Source: a bacterium (lineage in GTDB: Bacteria > Hinthialibacterota > Hinthialibacteria > Hinthialibacterales > Hinthialibacteraceae). Taken from it: a stretch of DNA of 39,236 nucleotides. Position numbers and translations under genes: made by a program. Of the stretch, positions 20,177-29,780 are shown one piece after another. The stretch spans positions 1 through 39,236 of the forward strand of contig CAXXSM010000163.1 of NCBI GenBank assembly GCA_963663405.2, written 5' to 3'. The notes beneath the pieces are model-generated. The model worked only from the letters and a program-made list of their open reading frames with translations, ran no database searches and was not told where the DNA came from. Positions within the stretch are counted from its first letter, which is position 1; every line of letters begins with the position of its first letter.

Positions 20177-22099
20177 TTACTGCAGTTCCCAGTCTATAAC
20201 AATGGAGGCGGCTGATGGAATCGTGAATGGAACGGATTGCAAGTATCCGGTTGGGCCATCACCTGAGTTCGCGGAATCAGCCGAGAAATTCCCGTCGATA
20301 TAAGCGATATGGTCGTTCAGTGAATTATGGAGACCAAGATCTTGCGCGACTTGATTGCCTGACAACCAAGTACTTCCATAACCTTCCGCGCCCGTTATTT
20401 CTTCTTCCCAGTTGGTCATGTCGCCCATTTCAAAGTCAGAATTGGGGAACGCCAATTCAGCGGTCTCGCCATCCCAGAAATAAAAGTCATCTACGCCCAA
20501 CCATGCCCACTCGCTGGTCAGTTGGTCGATGATGAAAAACCGGGCTTGCTTGCCTTGGTGTTCCTCTTGAATATAAAAACGGTACGGGGGATAGTTCCAT
20601 TCATCGATTCCGCCATTGGCATATTGCTCGCGGTTCCAACCGCCGCCTTGGCTGCGCACTTTATAGGCGTAGTCGGAGGAATCGGTAAATTCGCCGTTGG
20701 CGTTCATATCGACTTGCAGCTGGATATCTTTGACATTCCCATCCGGCTGCGCTTTATATCCCGTCTGTCCAATATCAAAGGAGGTAAAAACGCTGCTGGC
20801 GGCATCGGGGATCGGCTGGATGACAAAGACATCAGAGCGAAGTTCGATCCCGGTGTTTCCCCGCACTCCATGATCGTTATTCGCGTCACCTGGTGTGGAG
20901 CCGGAAGCGACCCATACACGGCCTTCGCGAGAGAAATTCGCTCCAGGCCATGCGAAAAAGGTCCAATCGCCTACCGCGCCGGCGGATTTAATTTGGGTCC
21001 ACCCGGGAAGCCCGCCGGAAGGGTGATCGGACAACGCGCGGATGGGAATGCGGCCATTACTTGGATTATCGATGAATCCTTCTGGAAATTCATCTTCGAA
21101 GCCTTCTTCAAAATTCCCGTTACGGATGACGGAGGTATCGTAGTTCATACGAATGTTATCCAATCCGATTCCATCAAACGTATCGTTATCAACCGCAACA
21201 ACTTGCGCGCGGCGTCCTTCCAATCCGGACGTATTCAACATATTGGCTTGCAGGGTGATTCGGTCTTCGTCACTATCGTCAAAAAGGACGCCTTTCAAGG
21301 GCACATCCACACCCTCGGTGTATTCCCCATCGGGATCTTCGGTTTCAGTTCCCACATCGACATAAACCATCAATCCGTTTTCCGTCAACCAAGCGCCTGG
21401 TTTGTCAAAATACGCTGAAACTGGACCGGCGAATGTCCCATAGACAAAACTCGAAACAGGACTTAATACGAACGGTTCGGATTCAATGACAGCGATGGTT
21501 TCATCGCCGTTGATCTGGGTGTTATAGAATTTATCTGTGTTTGAAGAGAGGCTGAATTCTGTATCAACGGTAATCAGCTGATCGGCGGTCGCATCGCCTT
21601 CAACGATCGTCCAACCATTCAAGTTCGGCTCTGCATCAAACCAGCCGTTTGGAACGTTATTGGGAACAACCAATCCATCTGCGTTATTATGACGGATCGA
21701 ATTGACCGCGATATACGCATCGGGCGTTTTGTCGACGATGCGAAGTTTTACGGTTTCTCCCGCATATTCCTCCAGCGCAATGATTACATTCATCCATCCC
21801 GCTTCGGATGTTAGATTGTCGACAAAAATTGTGTCCTGATTGGTTCTAGATTCCCGTACGATTGAAGGATCTTCGGACATCCAATATTCATATGTTCCAT
21901 CCGCTCCGACATCGACACCAATGTCAATTGTTGTATCAGGCGCGGTTTGATCCGCGTGCAAAGCCCACCCATTGGATACCATTTGCACGACCAGAAAGGT
22001 GGGATTATTGCCGTTGTTGTTCGTCGCCGATTGGGAAGGCGCGGCAAGCAACATACATAAGGCCATGATCCCTACGGCGCGTAATACATTTGTTTTCAT
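20177..22099 (-). CDS. Secreted acidic protein with three internal beta-sandwich (CBM-like) repeats
   Basis: AAGGAG RBS, signal peptide MKTNVLRAVGIMALCMLLAAPSQS; three copies of N..F(D/E)..G...(G/N)W, S.(P/V)F.(I/L) and G......VD......(I/L).(V/L)(D/N) patterns. Confidence 0.8.
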   Translation of the reverse strand: MKTNVLRAVGIMALCMLLAAPSQSATNNNGNNPTFLVVQMVSNGWALHADQTAPDTTIDIGVDVGADGTYEYWMSEDPSIVRESRTNQDTIFVDNLTSEAGWMNVIIALEEYAGETVKLRIVDKTPDAYIAVNSIRHNNADGLVVPNNVPNGWFDAEPNLNGWTIVEGDATADQLITVDTEFSLSSNTDKFYNTQINGDETIAVIESEPFVLSPVSSFVYGTFAGPVSAYFDKPGAWLTENGLMVYVDVGTETEDPDGEYTEGVDVPLKGVLFDDSDEDRITLQANMLNTSGLEGRRAQVVAVDNDTFDGIGLDNIRMNYDTSVIRNGNFEEGFEDEFPEGFIDNPSNGRIPIRALSDHPSGGLPGWTQIKSAGAVGDWTFFAWPGANFSREGRVWVASGSTPGDANNDHGVRGNTGIELRSDVFVIQPIPDAASSVFTSFDIGQTGYKAQPDGNVKDIQLQVDMNANGEFTDSSDYAYKVRSQGGGWNREQYANGGIDEWNYPPYRFYIQEEHQGKQARFFIIDQLTSEWAWLGVDDFYFWDGETAELAFPNSDFEMGDMTNWEEEITGAEGYGSTWLSGNQVAQDLGLHNSLNDHIAYIDGNFSADSANSGDGPTGYLQSVPFTIPSAASIVIDWELQ

Positions 22100-22266
22100 G
22101 AATATTCTCCTTTAATAATTTGTTGACTGGAGATCAACGATCTGAAAATAGCATTAAAAAAGGAGTAATTCAAGTTAAAAATAAAAAAAATACTATTTGT
22201 AATAATTATTTTTCTGATATTCAATTTGATTTTTATTACATTTAATAGAATCGTATTAAAGAATAA

Positions 22267-25029
22267 TTAGTAGTGGATTAAGAAGGTTTGATTTAATTCG
22301 AAATCAGTGTATGTTTTTTGAGGTTGATGAAGCCAATATACTGTAATATTATCGATTTTTTTCAGGTCTCCAAATCCAAAATGGAGAATGTGAGAGTTTT
22401 GTGATAAGTAACCAGATCCTCCATCGACAGTTCGAGTCCATTGCCGTTCTCCACGTTTCGCCACAACCCGAACGCCATACGTTTGCGCTGATGTTCCTGC
22501 CAGTTTGACTTGAAGCCAATTGCCTGAAGGTGTCTTATTTTCCAACAACCGGGGGGAATCGTCTATACAATTGATAACAATATCCATATCTCCATCGCCG
22601 TCAAAATCCAATAGCGCGCTTCCTCTTCCCGCGATAGTTTCTATTGACTCAAAAGAGATTTCTTCATTTGTAAAGAATTCACTGTGCTGATTTTTGTAAA
22701 ATGAAACGCCTTGGGGATACGTGCGTTTGTTATCCAAATCCTCGACTTGGGGATAGGTATGTCCGTTGACAGTGTATATATCAAGAAAACCATCAGAATC
22801 AAAATCGCAAAATCCAGATCCCCATGTTGTTAACCAGCGCGTGGGAGAAATTAGTTTTAAGGGTCCTCTCATATCGAGAAACTGGTTTCCATCTTTGTTC
22901 TGAAACAAGACGTCAGATTCTTGTTCGTAAGCGGTTATATAAAAATCAAGAAAACCGTCATTGTTGTAATCCCCCACCGCCACACCCATGCTGGCGCCTT
23001 CACGCCCTGATTCATTGACGGCGGCGCCTGAAAAGAAACTGAAATCTTCAAAAACCGCATTCCCTTTATTCTTCAACACATGGTTATAGGTCGAATCGTT
23101 GGAAACATACAAATCCAAGTCGCCATCCAGATCGATATCCGCGAACGTGGCGCCCATCGCCCGCCCTTCAGAGACATTGATTTCACTTGGGCCAGAGAAA
23201 TCAGTAAATGTGCCGTCGCCTTTATTGAGATAGAGTAAATCATCTTGATGCTTTAATCCCATCGGGCCTTTCATCACATCCAATCCATGAAAGTGATCCC
23301 GTAAATCCCCATGTTGAGCAGGATTGAATTCCACATAATTGCCAACATATAAATCCAGATCGCCATCCAAATCCAAATCCCCAAAAACCGCCGCCGCGGC
23401 GTACCCGTGATGATTCAATCCGGCTTCATCGGTTCGATCTGTAAACGTTCCATCACCGTTACTGAGATAGAAGGTGTTGGCGCCGTAGTTGCCGACAAAT
23501 AAATCCAGCCAACCATCATTGTTGACATCCCCGAAAATCGCGCACATGCCCCATCCCATGTCACCCACACCGGCGCTTTCGGTGACATCCGTAAATCTTC
23601 CGTTATCGTTGCGGAACAGCCGGTTCCGCCATTGGGGATCGGGTTTGTCGAGATCTGGCCGGCCATTCACAAAATAGATATCATCATCTCCGTCGTTATC
23701 ATAATCCGCAACCGCGACGCCCGATCCCATCGCATCGATGATCCACCGTTTATCCTTATGGCCCAATCGATGTTGAAAGGAATCCAGTCCGGTTTGTTTG
23801 GAGACTTCTTTGAATTGAAATCGATTGTCCTGCGGCGCCGAATCGGTTGAAGTTTTTGAATCGGCGTTCCATTTAGCTAACGCGGCTCCCAATGCTTTGA
23901 AATTGTCTGATTCTGCAAACCGGTCTTTGTGTTGATTATAGATAGCCTGGCTTTTTGTCACTTCCTTTGCGCCGAAGAGTGACCACCCTTTGATTCCGAT
24001 ATACTGTTCTGAATTTTGGATAGACGAATCTTTAATTTCATTTAATAGTTGTAAGCACTCTCGGAACTCTTTCCGATCGTACCACAGTTGCGCGAGAGTC
24101 ATTCGCAGGGGATCGTTGATTAAATTGTGTTGACGTAAGTTCGTTAAATACTGGATCGCTTGGTTATGCTGCTGGATGGCGATCAGTTCCCGCGTCAGAA
24201 CTTCGCGCATCTCTATGGGGATGGTGTAAGCGTTTTCGTACATATAGCGTAATTGTCTGTATTGGTTTGGATTCCAGTTCCGCATGTATTTCAATCGCTG
24301 CTGTACTTGGTCGAACTCTTCGTTCCGGCCAAGGCGGGATAATGACGTGCGCATGGCGCTATACGCTTCGCGAAAGAAGGGATAAACCGCAACCGCTCTG
24401 TTTAAGAGCGAAACCGCCTTTTCATCATTGCCCAAGCGGGTTTCCAATTTTCCCAATTCGAAAAGGGATCGGAGATGTTTTGGATGTGTGGCGAGAACGG
24501 ATTCCAACGTGAGTTTTGCTTCTTTGTTGTTTCCTTCTTCGGCGTAAATGCTGCCTAGCAAGAAACGCGCGTCGGGGTGTTTAGCGTCCAATTTAAGAAT
24601 CGCGTTGATCCGATTTTTCGCTACATCGATTTCTCCCAACGTGCGCGCAATGGCCGCGCATTTGTAGAGCAAATCCGCATTATCCGGCGCCGCTTCAATC
24701 GCTTTTCCACTCGTGTCAATAGCTCCATCAATATCCCCCGACCGCCACATGGCTTGTGATAAAAAGAACAAGAAATCTGGATTGGAACCGCTTTTTTCGG
24801 CCAGGCACTTTAAAAAGGGAATCCAGTCTCCTTGCGGGGAATGTTGTTTGAGAAACGTTTCCAATTGTTCTTGTTCCGCCGAAGTCAGAGTATGGGGATA
24901 CTCTTGCAACATAACCGAGGCTTTGGAAAACTGATTATCCCGCAATTTGTCAAGGATTTCATCGATACTCGTTGAAGTTGTGGTTCCAGTTTGAGTAACG
25001 ATATAGAATATGAGAAAAAAAATGTACAT
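22267..25029 (-). CDS. TPR + FG-GAP/VCBS beta-propeller + ASPIC/UnbV (CRTAC1-like) secreted protein
   Basis: N-terminal TPR helices; repeated DYDNDGDDDIY, DVNNDGWLDLF, DLDLDGDLDLY, DFDGDGDMDI loops; C-terminal GGSGYLSQN...LHFGFG and V.W (ASPIC/UnbV). Confidence 0.9.
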   Translation of the reverse strand: MYIFFLIFYIVTQTGTTTSTSIDEILDKLRDNQFSKASVMLQEYPHTLTSAEQEQLETFLKQHSPQGDWIPFLKCLAEKSGSNPDFLFFLSQAMWRSGDIDGAIDTSGKAIEAAPDNADLLYKCAAIARTLGEIDVAKNRINAILKLDAKHPDARFLLGSIYAEEGNNKEAKLTLESVLATHPKHLRSLFELGKLETRLGNDEKAVSLLNRAVAVYPFFREAYSAMRTSLSRLGRNEEFDQVQQRLKYMRNWNPNQYRQLRYMYENAYTIPIEMREVLTRELIAIQQHNQAIQYLTNLRQHNLINDPLRMTLAQLWYDRKEFRECLQLLNEIKDSSIQNSEQYIGIKGWSLFGAKEVTKSQAIYNQHKDRFAESDNFKALGAALAKWNADSKTSTDSAPQDNRFQFKEVSKQTGLDSFQHRLGHKDKRWIIDAMGSGVAVADYDNDGDDDIYFVNGRPDLDKPDPQWRNRLFRNDNGRFTDVTESAGVGDMGWGMCAIFGDVNNDGWLDLFVGNYGANTFYLSNGDGTFTDRTDEAGLNHHGYAAAAVFGDLDLDGDLDLYVGNYVEFNPAQHGDLRDHFHGLDVMKGPMGLKHQDDLLYLNKGDGTFTDFSGPSEINVSEGRAMGATFADIDLDGDLDLYVSNDSTYNHVLKNKGNAVFEDFSFFSGAAVNESGREGASMGVAVGDYNNDGFLDFYITAYEQESDVLFQNKDGNQFLDMRGPLKLISPTRWLTTWGSGFCDFDSDGFLDIYTVNGHTYPQVEDLDNKRTYPQGVSFYKNQHSEFFTNEEISFESIETIAGRGSALLDFDGDGDMDIVINCIDDSPRLLENKTPSGNWLQVKLAGTSAQTYGVRVVAKRGERQWTRTVDGGSGYLSQNSHILHFGFGDLKKIDNITVYWLHQPQKTYTDFELNQTFLIHY

Positions 25030-25372
25030 CGTTTTTTACTTTCCATTTTGAAATAAATATATTAATGAATAGCGTTATTCACAAATGAATCGTCTTCTAT
25101 CAAGCCAGAGAGGATTATATCTTGATTGGATTGTAGAATGTAGGATTTGATTGAATTATACATGGTGAAGGGCGTTGATAAACAAAATACTAACTATCGT
25201 TTTGTAAATAAACGCGGGAGATAATGGACTACTGCGAGGTTCATTGATAATGGATATGTGGGGGATGCGTTTTGAATTGTTTTGCGCCTCTGTTGCATCG
25301 TTGTCAGGTCACGCTATTCTCATAGAAATAAAATGTATTTGGTTTCTCTATGGTCTGGAAAGGTAACTTTGT

Positions 25373-25963
25373 ATGAGAATTCTTGCGGGGAAATATAAGA
25401 ACCGGGCGCTCGTGACTCCGCCCGGCGTAGTGACGCGCCCGATGCTCACCCGGATACGGAAATCGCTGTTTGATATCTTACAGCCCTATTTGGACCGCGC
25501 GCGGGTGTTGGATCTCTTTTCGGGCACAGGAGCCGAGGCGCTGGAAGCATTCAGCCGGGGCGCTTCTTTTGCGATCAGCGTCGATTCCGACGCGGTGGCG
25601 CTGCAGACCGCAAAAGATAACCATCAGAAAATTTGTCCGCAAGAAACCTACCGCATTCTGCGCGGCAATGTGATTACCTTGCTACCCCAAATCGCCGTTC
25701 AGAATCCACCGTTCGATGTGATCAGTGTCACTCCACCGTATGGGCATGGACTCGCCGACGCCACGCTGGAGATCATTGACAACAATCCCCGGTTGCTGCA
25801 CGAAGAGACAGTAATCTACGCGCAACGAGGTTTTACAGAAGAAATGAAACTGGAGTGGACAATATTAGAACACTTGAGAACAAAGAAATATGGAAAGACC
25901 GTAATGGAATTTTTTATGCCGAAAGAAACGATTAATCTTACGGCAATGAAAGAAGATCGGTAG
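25373..25963 (+). CDS. rsmD: 16S rRNA m2G966 methyltransferase
   Basis: MRILAGKYK.R.L, TRP, LDLFSGTG...LEA.SRGA, motif IV variant TPPY, KKYG.T. Confidence 0.85.
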   Translation: MRILAGKYKNRALVTPPGVVTRPMLTRIRKSLFDILQPYLDRARVLDLFSGTGAEALEAFSRGASFAISVDSDAVALQTAKDNHQKICPQETYRILRGNVITLLPQIAVQNPPFDVISVTPPYGHGLADATLEIIDNNPRLLHEETVIYAQRGFTEEMKLEWTILEHLRTKKYGKTVMEFFMPKETINLTAMKEDR

Positions 25964-25966
25964 CCG

Positions 25967-26566
25967 TTACTCCAAGGTTTTGAGGAAATCCACAATGTTG
26001 CGCATCGCTTTTCCCCGGTGGCTGACGCTATGTTTTTGGTCCGCGCTGACTTGCGCCAGCGTTTTCCCGAAGGGCGGGTAGAAGAAGATAGGATCGTACC
26101 CGAAACCTCCCGATCCAGCGGTTTCGTGAGTGATGAAACCTTCTACGGCGCCTTCGGTCGAAAAGAGTATATCGTCTTCAAATGCAAGGGTGGCGGCGCA
26201 GATAAATCGCGCCGTTCGCTGAGGTTCCGGTATTCCTTCCATTTCTCTCAGAACGCGAACGGTGTTTTCTTCATCAGTTGACTCTTCACCGCACGCATAC
26301 CGGGCGGAATAGACGCCGGGAGCGCCGTTTAACGCGTCCACAGCAAGACCCGAATCGTCAGCGAGCGTAAGCAAGCCGGAATGAGTGGAAGCGGATATCG
26401 CTTTTTTAACCGCGTTTTCCATAAACGTCTGTCCGTCTTCTACTACATCTGGAATAGAATCAAAATCACACAATGTGAGTACACTCCAACCTGTTTCCGC
26501 AAGGAGTTGTTCCAGCTCTTTCTGTTTTTTAGGGTTTGTGGTTGCGATTAGGAGGGTTTTCTTCAT
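25967..26566 (-). CDS. rdgB: Non-canonical purine NTP pyrophosphatase (XTP/dITP diphosphatase)
   Basis: ATTNPKK, EDGQTFMENA, ADDSGL.VDAL.GAPGVYSARY, GFGYDPIF, SHRGKA. Confidence 0.95.
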   Translation of the reverse strand: MKKTLLIATTNPKKQKELEQLLAETGWSVLTLCDFDSIPDVVEDGQTFMENAVKKAISASTHSGLLTLADDSGLAVDALNGAPGVYSARYACGEESTDEENTVRVLREMEGIPEPQRTARFICAATLAFEDDILFSTEGAVEGFITHETAGSGGFGYDPIFFYPPFGKTLAQVSADQKHSVSHRGKAMRNIVDFLKTLE

Positions 26567-26585
26567 CGATTTACGCTATTATTGA

Positions 26586-27173
26586 CTAAAAATGTCCAGG
26601 GTAATTCCGCAGGCAACGGGGCCGTTTCAAGATTTCCGATAAAATCACGGCGCTGCGAAGCGGATCCCGCTCCCCTTCTTTCGCTAACCGCACTAGGATC
26701 GGGGAGCGTGGCAAAGGCGCCGGAGCGGCGGGTTTCGAAATTGGTTTTCGTTTATGCGCAACGCTCTTAGTTTGTTCAACCGGTTCTTTTTTTACAATGG
26801 CCTTTTTCTTCTTGGGCTTCGGAGGAGGAACAGGAATTTCGACTAATTCGGGTTGTGGCTCATCTATCTGCATCAGTTCACGCAGCATCTTCGCCCACGG
26901 AGATTCCTGTACTGGTGGCGTTACAGTACGAGGCTGCTCAGGACTGGGACGCGGTGAGGGCTCTCTGACAGAAGTTGTCTGTGGCTGGGGCCGTGTAGCT
27001 TGACCGTACGGATTCGGCGTTGTTTGTCTTGTCGTTTCTGCTGATTTTATTGGATCCATCATCGGTTCATCCTTTGGAGGCGCCGCTTTCTCCTTCATCT
27101 TCTTACTGAGTGCGGATAATCCGTAGAACACCATTACAATAATGAATATTATGATCTGCCCAAAATCTTCCAT
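26586..27173 (-). CDS. Membrane-anchored proline-rich hypothetical protein
   Basis: N-terminal TM, Pro/Thr/Lys-rich linker, C-terminal PLRSAVILSEILKRPR motif (YqfB-like from recollection); AAGGG RBS. Confidence 0.7.
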   Translation of the reverse strand: MEDFGQIIIFIIVMVFYGLSALSKKMKEKAAPPKDEPMMDPIKSAETTRQTTPNPYGQATRPQPQTTSVREPSPRPSPEQPRTVTPPVQESPWAKMLRELMQIDEPQPELVEIPVPPPKPKKKKAIVKKEPVEQTKSVAHKRKPISKPAAPAPLPRSPILVRLAKEGERDPLRSAVILSEILKRPRCLRNYPGHF

Positions 27174-27204
27174 CGTTTAACCCTTCTAAAAAGAGGATAC
27201 GCTT

Positions 27205-27234
27205 ATCATAGCATCACTATTTCAGAAAAGACAA
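27205..27234 (-). promoter_or_regulatory. Candidate sigma70 promoter (extended -10) for the 27173 gene and rdgB
   Basis: Minus strand TTGTCT-N18-TATGAT with TGn extension (TGCTATGAT). Confidence 0.4.
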
Positions 27235-27323
27235 TTTTTGTATTGCAGACTAAAAGGACGTAAGTGAAAAGTATTGCCTTCAACTTGGCGTCCAGCGCAC
27301 ACCATGCTATTGGTCTTCGCCAG

Positions 27324-28277
27324 TTATATATTTTTTTTACGTGATTTGTTCTTAGTCTCAGCGGCGCTTCTTTTTTCCCAATCTTCTTGTAGACCTGGCA
27401 CTTCGTCACGAAGAAACGCGTAAAATTCATCCCGAAGATCTTTGCGATAGAGAGCGAATTCAACCGTGGTTTTTAAATAATCCAACCGGTTCCCGATGTC
27501 GTGACGTTTGCCTTCAAATTCATACGCGTACATGCGTTGATCTTGGCACATCATTTTTAACGCGTCGGTCAGTTGGATTTCGTTGTTCTTCCCGGGCGGC
27601 GTTTTTTCAATGTATTCAAAAATATCCGCTGTGAGGATATAACGTCCACCTACAGCGAGATTGGACGGCGCGGATTCCACATCCGGTTTTTCAATCAGGT
27701 CATGTACGATACTGGTCCGTTCATCCACCGGTTTACCTTGTATGATTCCGTAATTAATGACCTTATCATCAGGCACTTTTTCAACCCCGATAACCGGTCC
27801 GCGCCAAACCCGGAAAAAGTCCATCAGCTGTTTCGTACAAGGTGAGGGAGACTTGACAATCGTATCCCCAAGCAATACAACAAAAGGCTCACCCGCCACA
27901 TGCTGCTTGGCGCAGTAAATCGCATCACCCAATCCTTTGCAGACCTTTTGACGGATAAAATGAATATTGACGAGATTGGAGATTTCCGTGACGCTTTTGA
28001 GCAATTCCGTATGTCCGGATTCCTCTAATGCGTTTTCCAATTCGAGAGATCGGTCGAAGTGATCTTCAATGGACCGTTTGCCCTTCCCCGTAATAATCAA
28101 AATATCCGTGATTCCCGAATCCACCACTTCTTCGATCACATATTGGATCGTCGGTTTATCAATTAATGGCAGCATTTCTTTTGGCTGCACTTTTGTGGCG
28201 GGTAAAAACCGGGTCCCCAATCCCGCCGCTGGGATGACGGCTTTTCGAACTTCACCGGAATGCAATTCAGAATTCAT
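27324..28277 (-). CDS. galU: UTP--glucose-1-phosphate uridylyltransferase
   Basis: KAVIPAAGLGTRFLPATK..PKEMLP, GLGDAI, LLGD, EIQLTDA. Start ATG 28277 after GGAGG. Confidence 0.96.
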   Translation of the reverse strand: MNSELHSGEVRKAVIPAAGLGTRFLPATKVQPKEMLPLIDKPTIQYVIEEVVDSGITDILIITGKGKRSIEDHFDRSLELENALEESGHTELLKSVTEISNLVNIHFIRQKVCKGLGDAIYCAKQHVAGEPFVVLLGDTIVKSPSPCTKQLMDFFRVWRGPVIGVEKVPDDKVINYGIIQGKPVDERTSIVHDLIEKPDVESAPSNLAVGGRYILTADIFEYIEKTPPGKNNEIQLTDALKMMCQDQRMYAYEFEGKRHDIGNRLDYLKTTVEFALYRKDLRDEFYAFLRDEVPGLQEDWEKRSAAETKNKSRKKNI

Positions 28278-28308
28278 ACGTTGTCTTACCTCCAAGAGCC
28301 AGATTCAT

Positions 28309-29106
28309 TCAATCCGCATGGCGGGATCGTCCACGGCCCCTTTTTTGGTGACTTCGGACTTCATCAAGCCGGAAATCATCCGCTTTAATTTCAATTTCTA
28401 CACACATATCGATGATACGGGACGCGAGAGATCTGTCAACTTGAACGCTGTTTCTCACGTCCTGCATTGTGATATTGGACGTAATGACGATTGTTTTACA
28501 GTCCTGGTAACGGCGGTTAATCAGCGCATACAACCGGTCCGCGACCCAGCTTGACATTTTTTGCATTCCGAAATCATCTAAGACGATAATCTGCCTTTTC
28601 AAATCACGCTCAAGACGATTTTTGGGGATCCCAGAATTTTTCGGATCATATGTGGACCGGATCGCATCTAATAAATCGACAACATTATAGAAAACACCTT
28701 CGAATCCTCTCGCAATGAGGGCTTTCAAGATCCCGACGGCGATGTGTGTTTTCCCGACTCCCGTCTGCCCATAGATATAGAGTCCTTTTGAATTTTCGAG
28801 AGAATATTCCTCCACATATTTTTTTGCTTTTTTTTTCAATTCTTTCAGCGCGCTGGTTCGGGTTTCAAAGGTATCCAGGCTTGCTTTGGCGAATCGCTGG
28901 GGAATACGCGCGTCATCGATTTCCGTTTGAATCACTTCCGCATCACGCATCGGCAAGGGCGCGCGCCCGTTTCATCTATGATGTTCCCATAGCCGTCACA
29001 GAGTTCACACCGGGCGTCGGGGATCCTGTTCGGGAAGAGTATCTTGGTTGTTTACTCTCTCTAAAAGGTTTTCCAAATCTTTGTTGATGGATGAAAATCG
29101 TTTCAT
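28309..29106 (-). CDS. DnaC/DnaI/IstB-like AAA+ helicase loader with N-terminal Zn-binding motif (two apparent frameshifts)
   Basis: GLYIYGQTGVGKTH, LDDFG, LINRRY, ITSN, SRI. Upstream ATG 29106 (GAGGA RBS) reads MKRFSSIN..., then with 1-bp corrections at G4 (29019-29022) and TT (28936-28937) gives CELCDGYG...ARPCRC in front of ORF 28309..28956. Confidence 0.85.
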
Positions 29107-29162
29107 ATCCGTTCCTCAACCCGCGTCAAATATGGACGTCAAAAAAAGTTAGGTACAGAGTA

Positions 29163-29780
29163 TCAGTCCGGCTCTGTTTCCACAACCTTTTTCAAGTGGG
29201 ATTTTATCCAGGCGAGGCTTTTGGCTTTTTTGAGATGCGCCTCGTTAAAAATATCGTAGATCACTCCCATGTTGTATGAATTGGCGATTTCTTCGAGATC
29301 TTCGGCGATACGGGGGGAAAAACGCGCGCCGAAAAGCATTTGATAGAGGTATACGATCCGCTCCACATTGGATAAACCTTCCTGGTTTTGATAGTAGCGG
29401 AGAATGAAGGCCCCACCGTGGACCTCTTTGCCGCTTAGGTTCTCCCGGATCGCGGCTTCGTTTAATGGAACCTCCAGTGGTGTGCAGATTCGGCATGTTT
29501 GCACATCTTGATCTGTGTTCGCGCGTTCGATCCATTCTCCCTTTTCTAAATCGGTAAGCGTTCGTTCTATAGGAGAAACAGCCAGACCGGTCCAACGGGT
29601 AAGATCGTTGACTTGGAATGGAAACCATTGGGGAGTCAAGTTGAAGTCACAATCCAATTCCACTAGTTTACGAAAGATCAGCCAACTCTCCATTCCCAGT
29701 TGGGAAACGAGAAATTCCGGCAATCCGCTTTCCTCAAGCCAGCGGGGAAATGATACCCATAAAGGATCCCGTTCACTCAC
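29163..29780 (-). CDS. DnaD-like protein (N-terminal wHTH, C-terminal DnaD/DnaB_2 domain)
   Basis: C-terminal LYQMLFG.RFSP...EDL........VIYDIFNEA...KAKSLAWIKSHL matches the DnaD-domain pattern; N-terminal DLTRWTGL....IERTL..LEKGEWI wHTH; GTG start overlaps the extended cysE end. Confidence 0.7.
   Translation of the reverse strand: MSERDPLWVSFPRWLEESGLPEFLVSQLGMESWLIFRKLVELDCDFNLTPQWFPFQVNDLTRWTGLAVSPIERTLTDLEKGEWIERANTDQDVQTCRICTPLEVPLNEAAIRENLSGKEVHGGAFILRYYQNQEGLSNVERIVYLYQMLFGARFSPRIAEDLEEIANSYNMGVIYDIFNEAHLKKAKSLAWIKSHLKKVVETEPD

Noticed and set aside
20522-21418. 298-aa plus-strand ORF and other long antisense ORFs (e.g. 1950..2576, 16536..17084)
   Set aside because: Shadows of well-supported genes on the opposite strand, with no recognisable motifs.
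28309-29106. IS21 element (IstB) or prophage
   Set aside because: No IstA transposase, terminal repeats, integrase or structural phage genes; the flanks are housekeeping genes.
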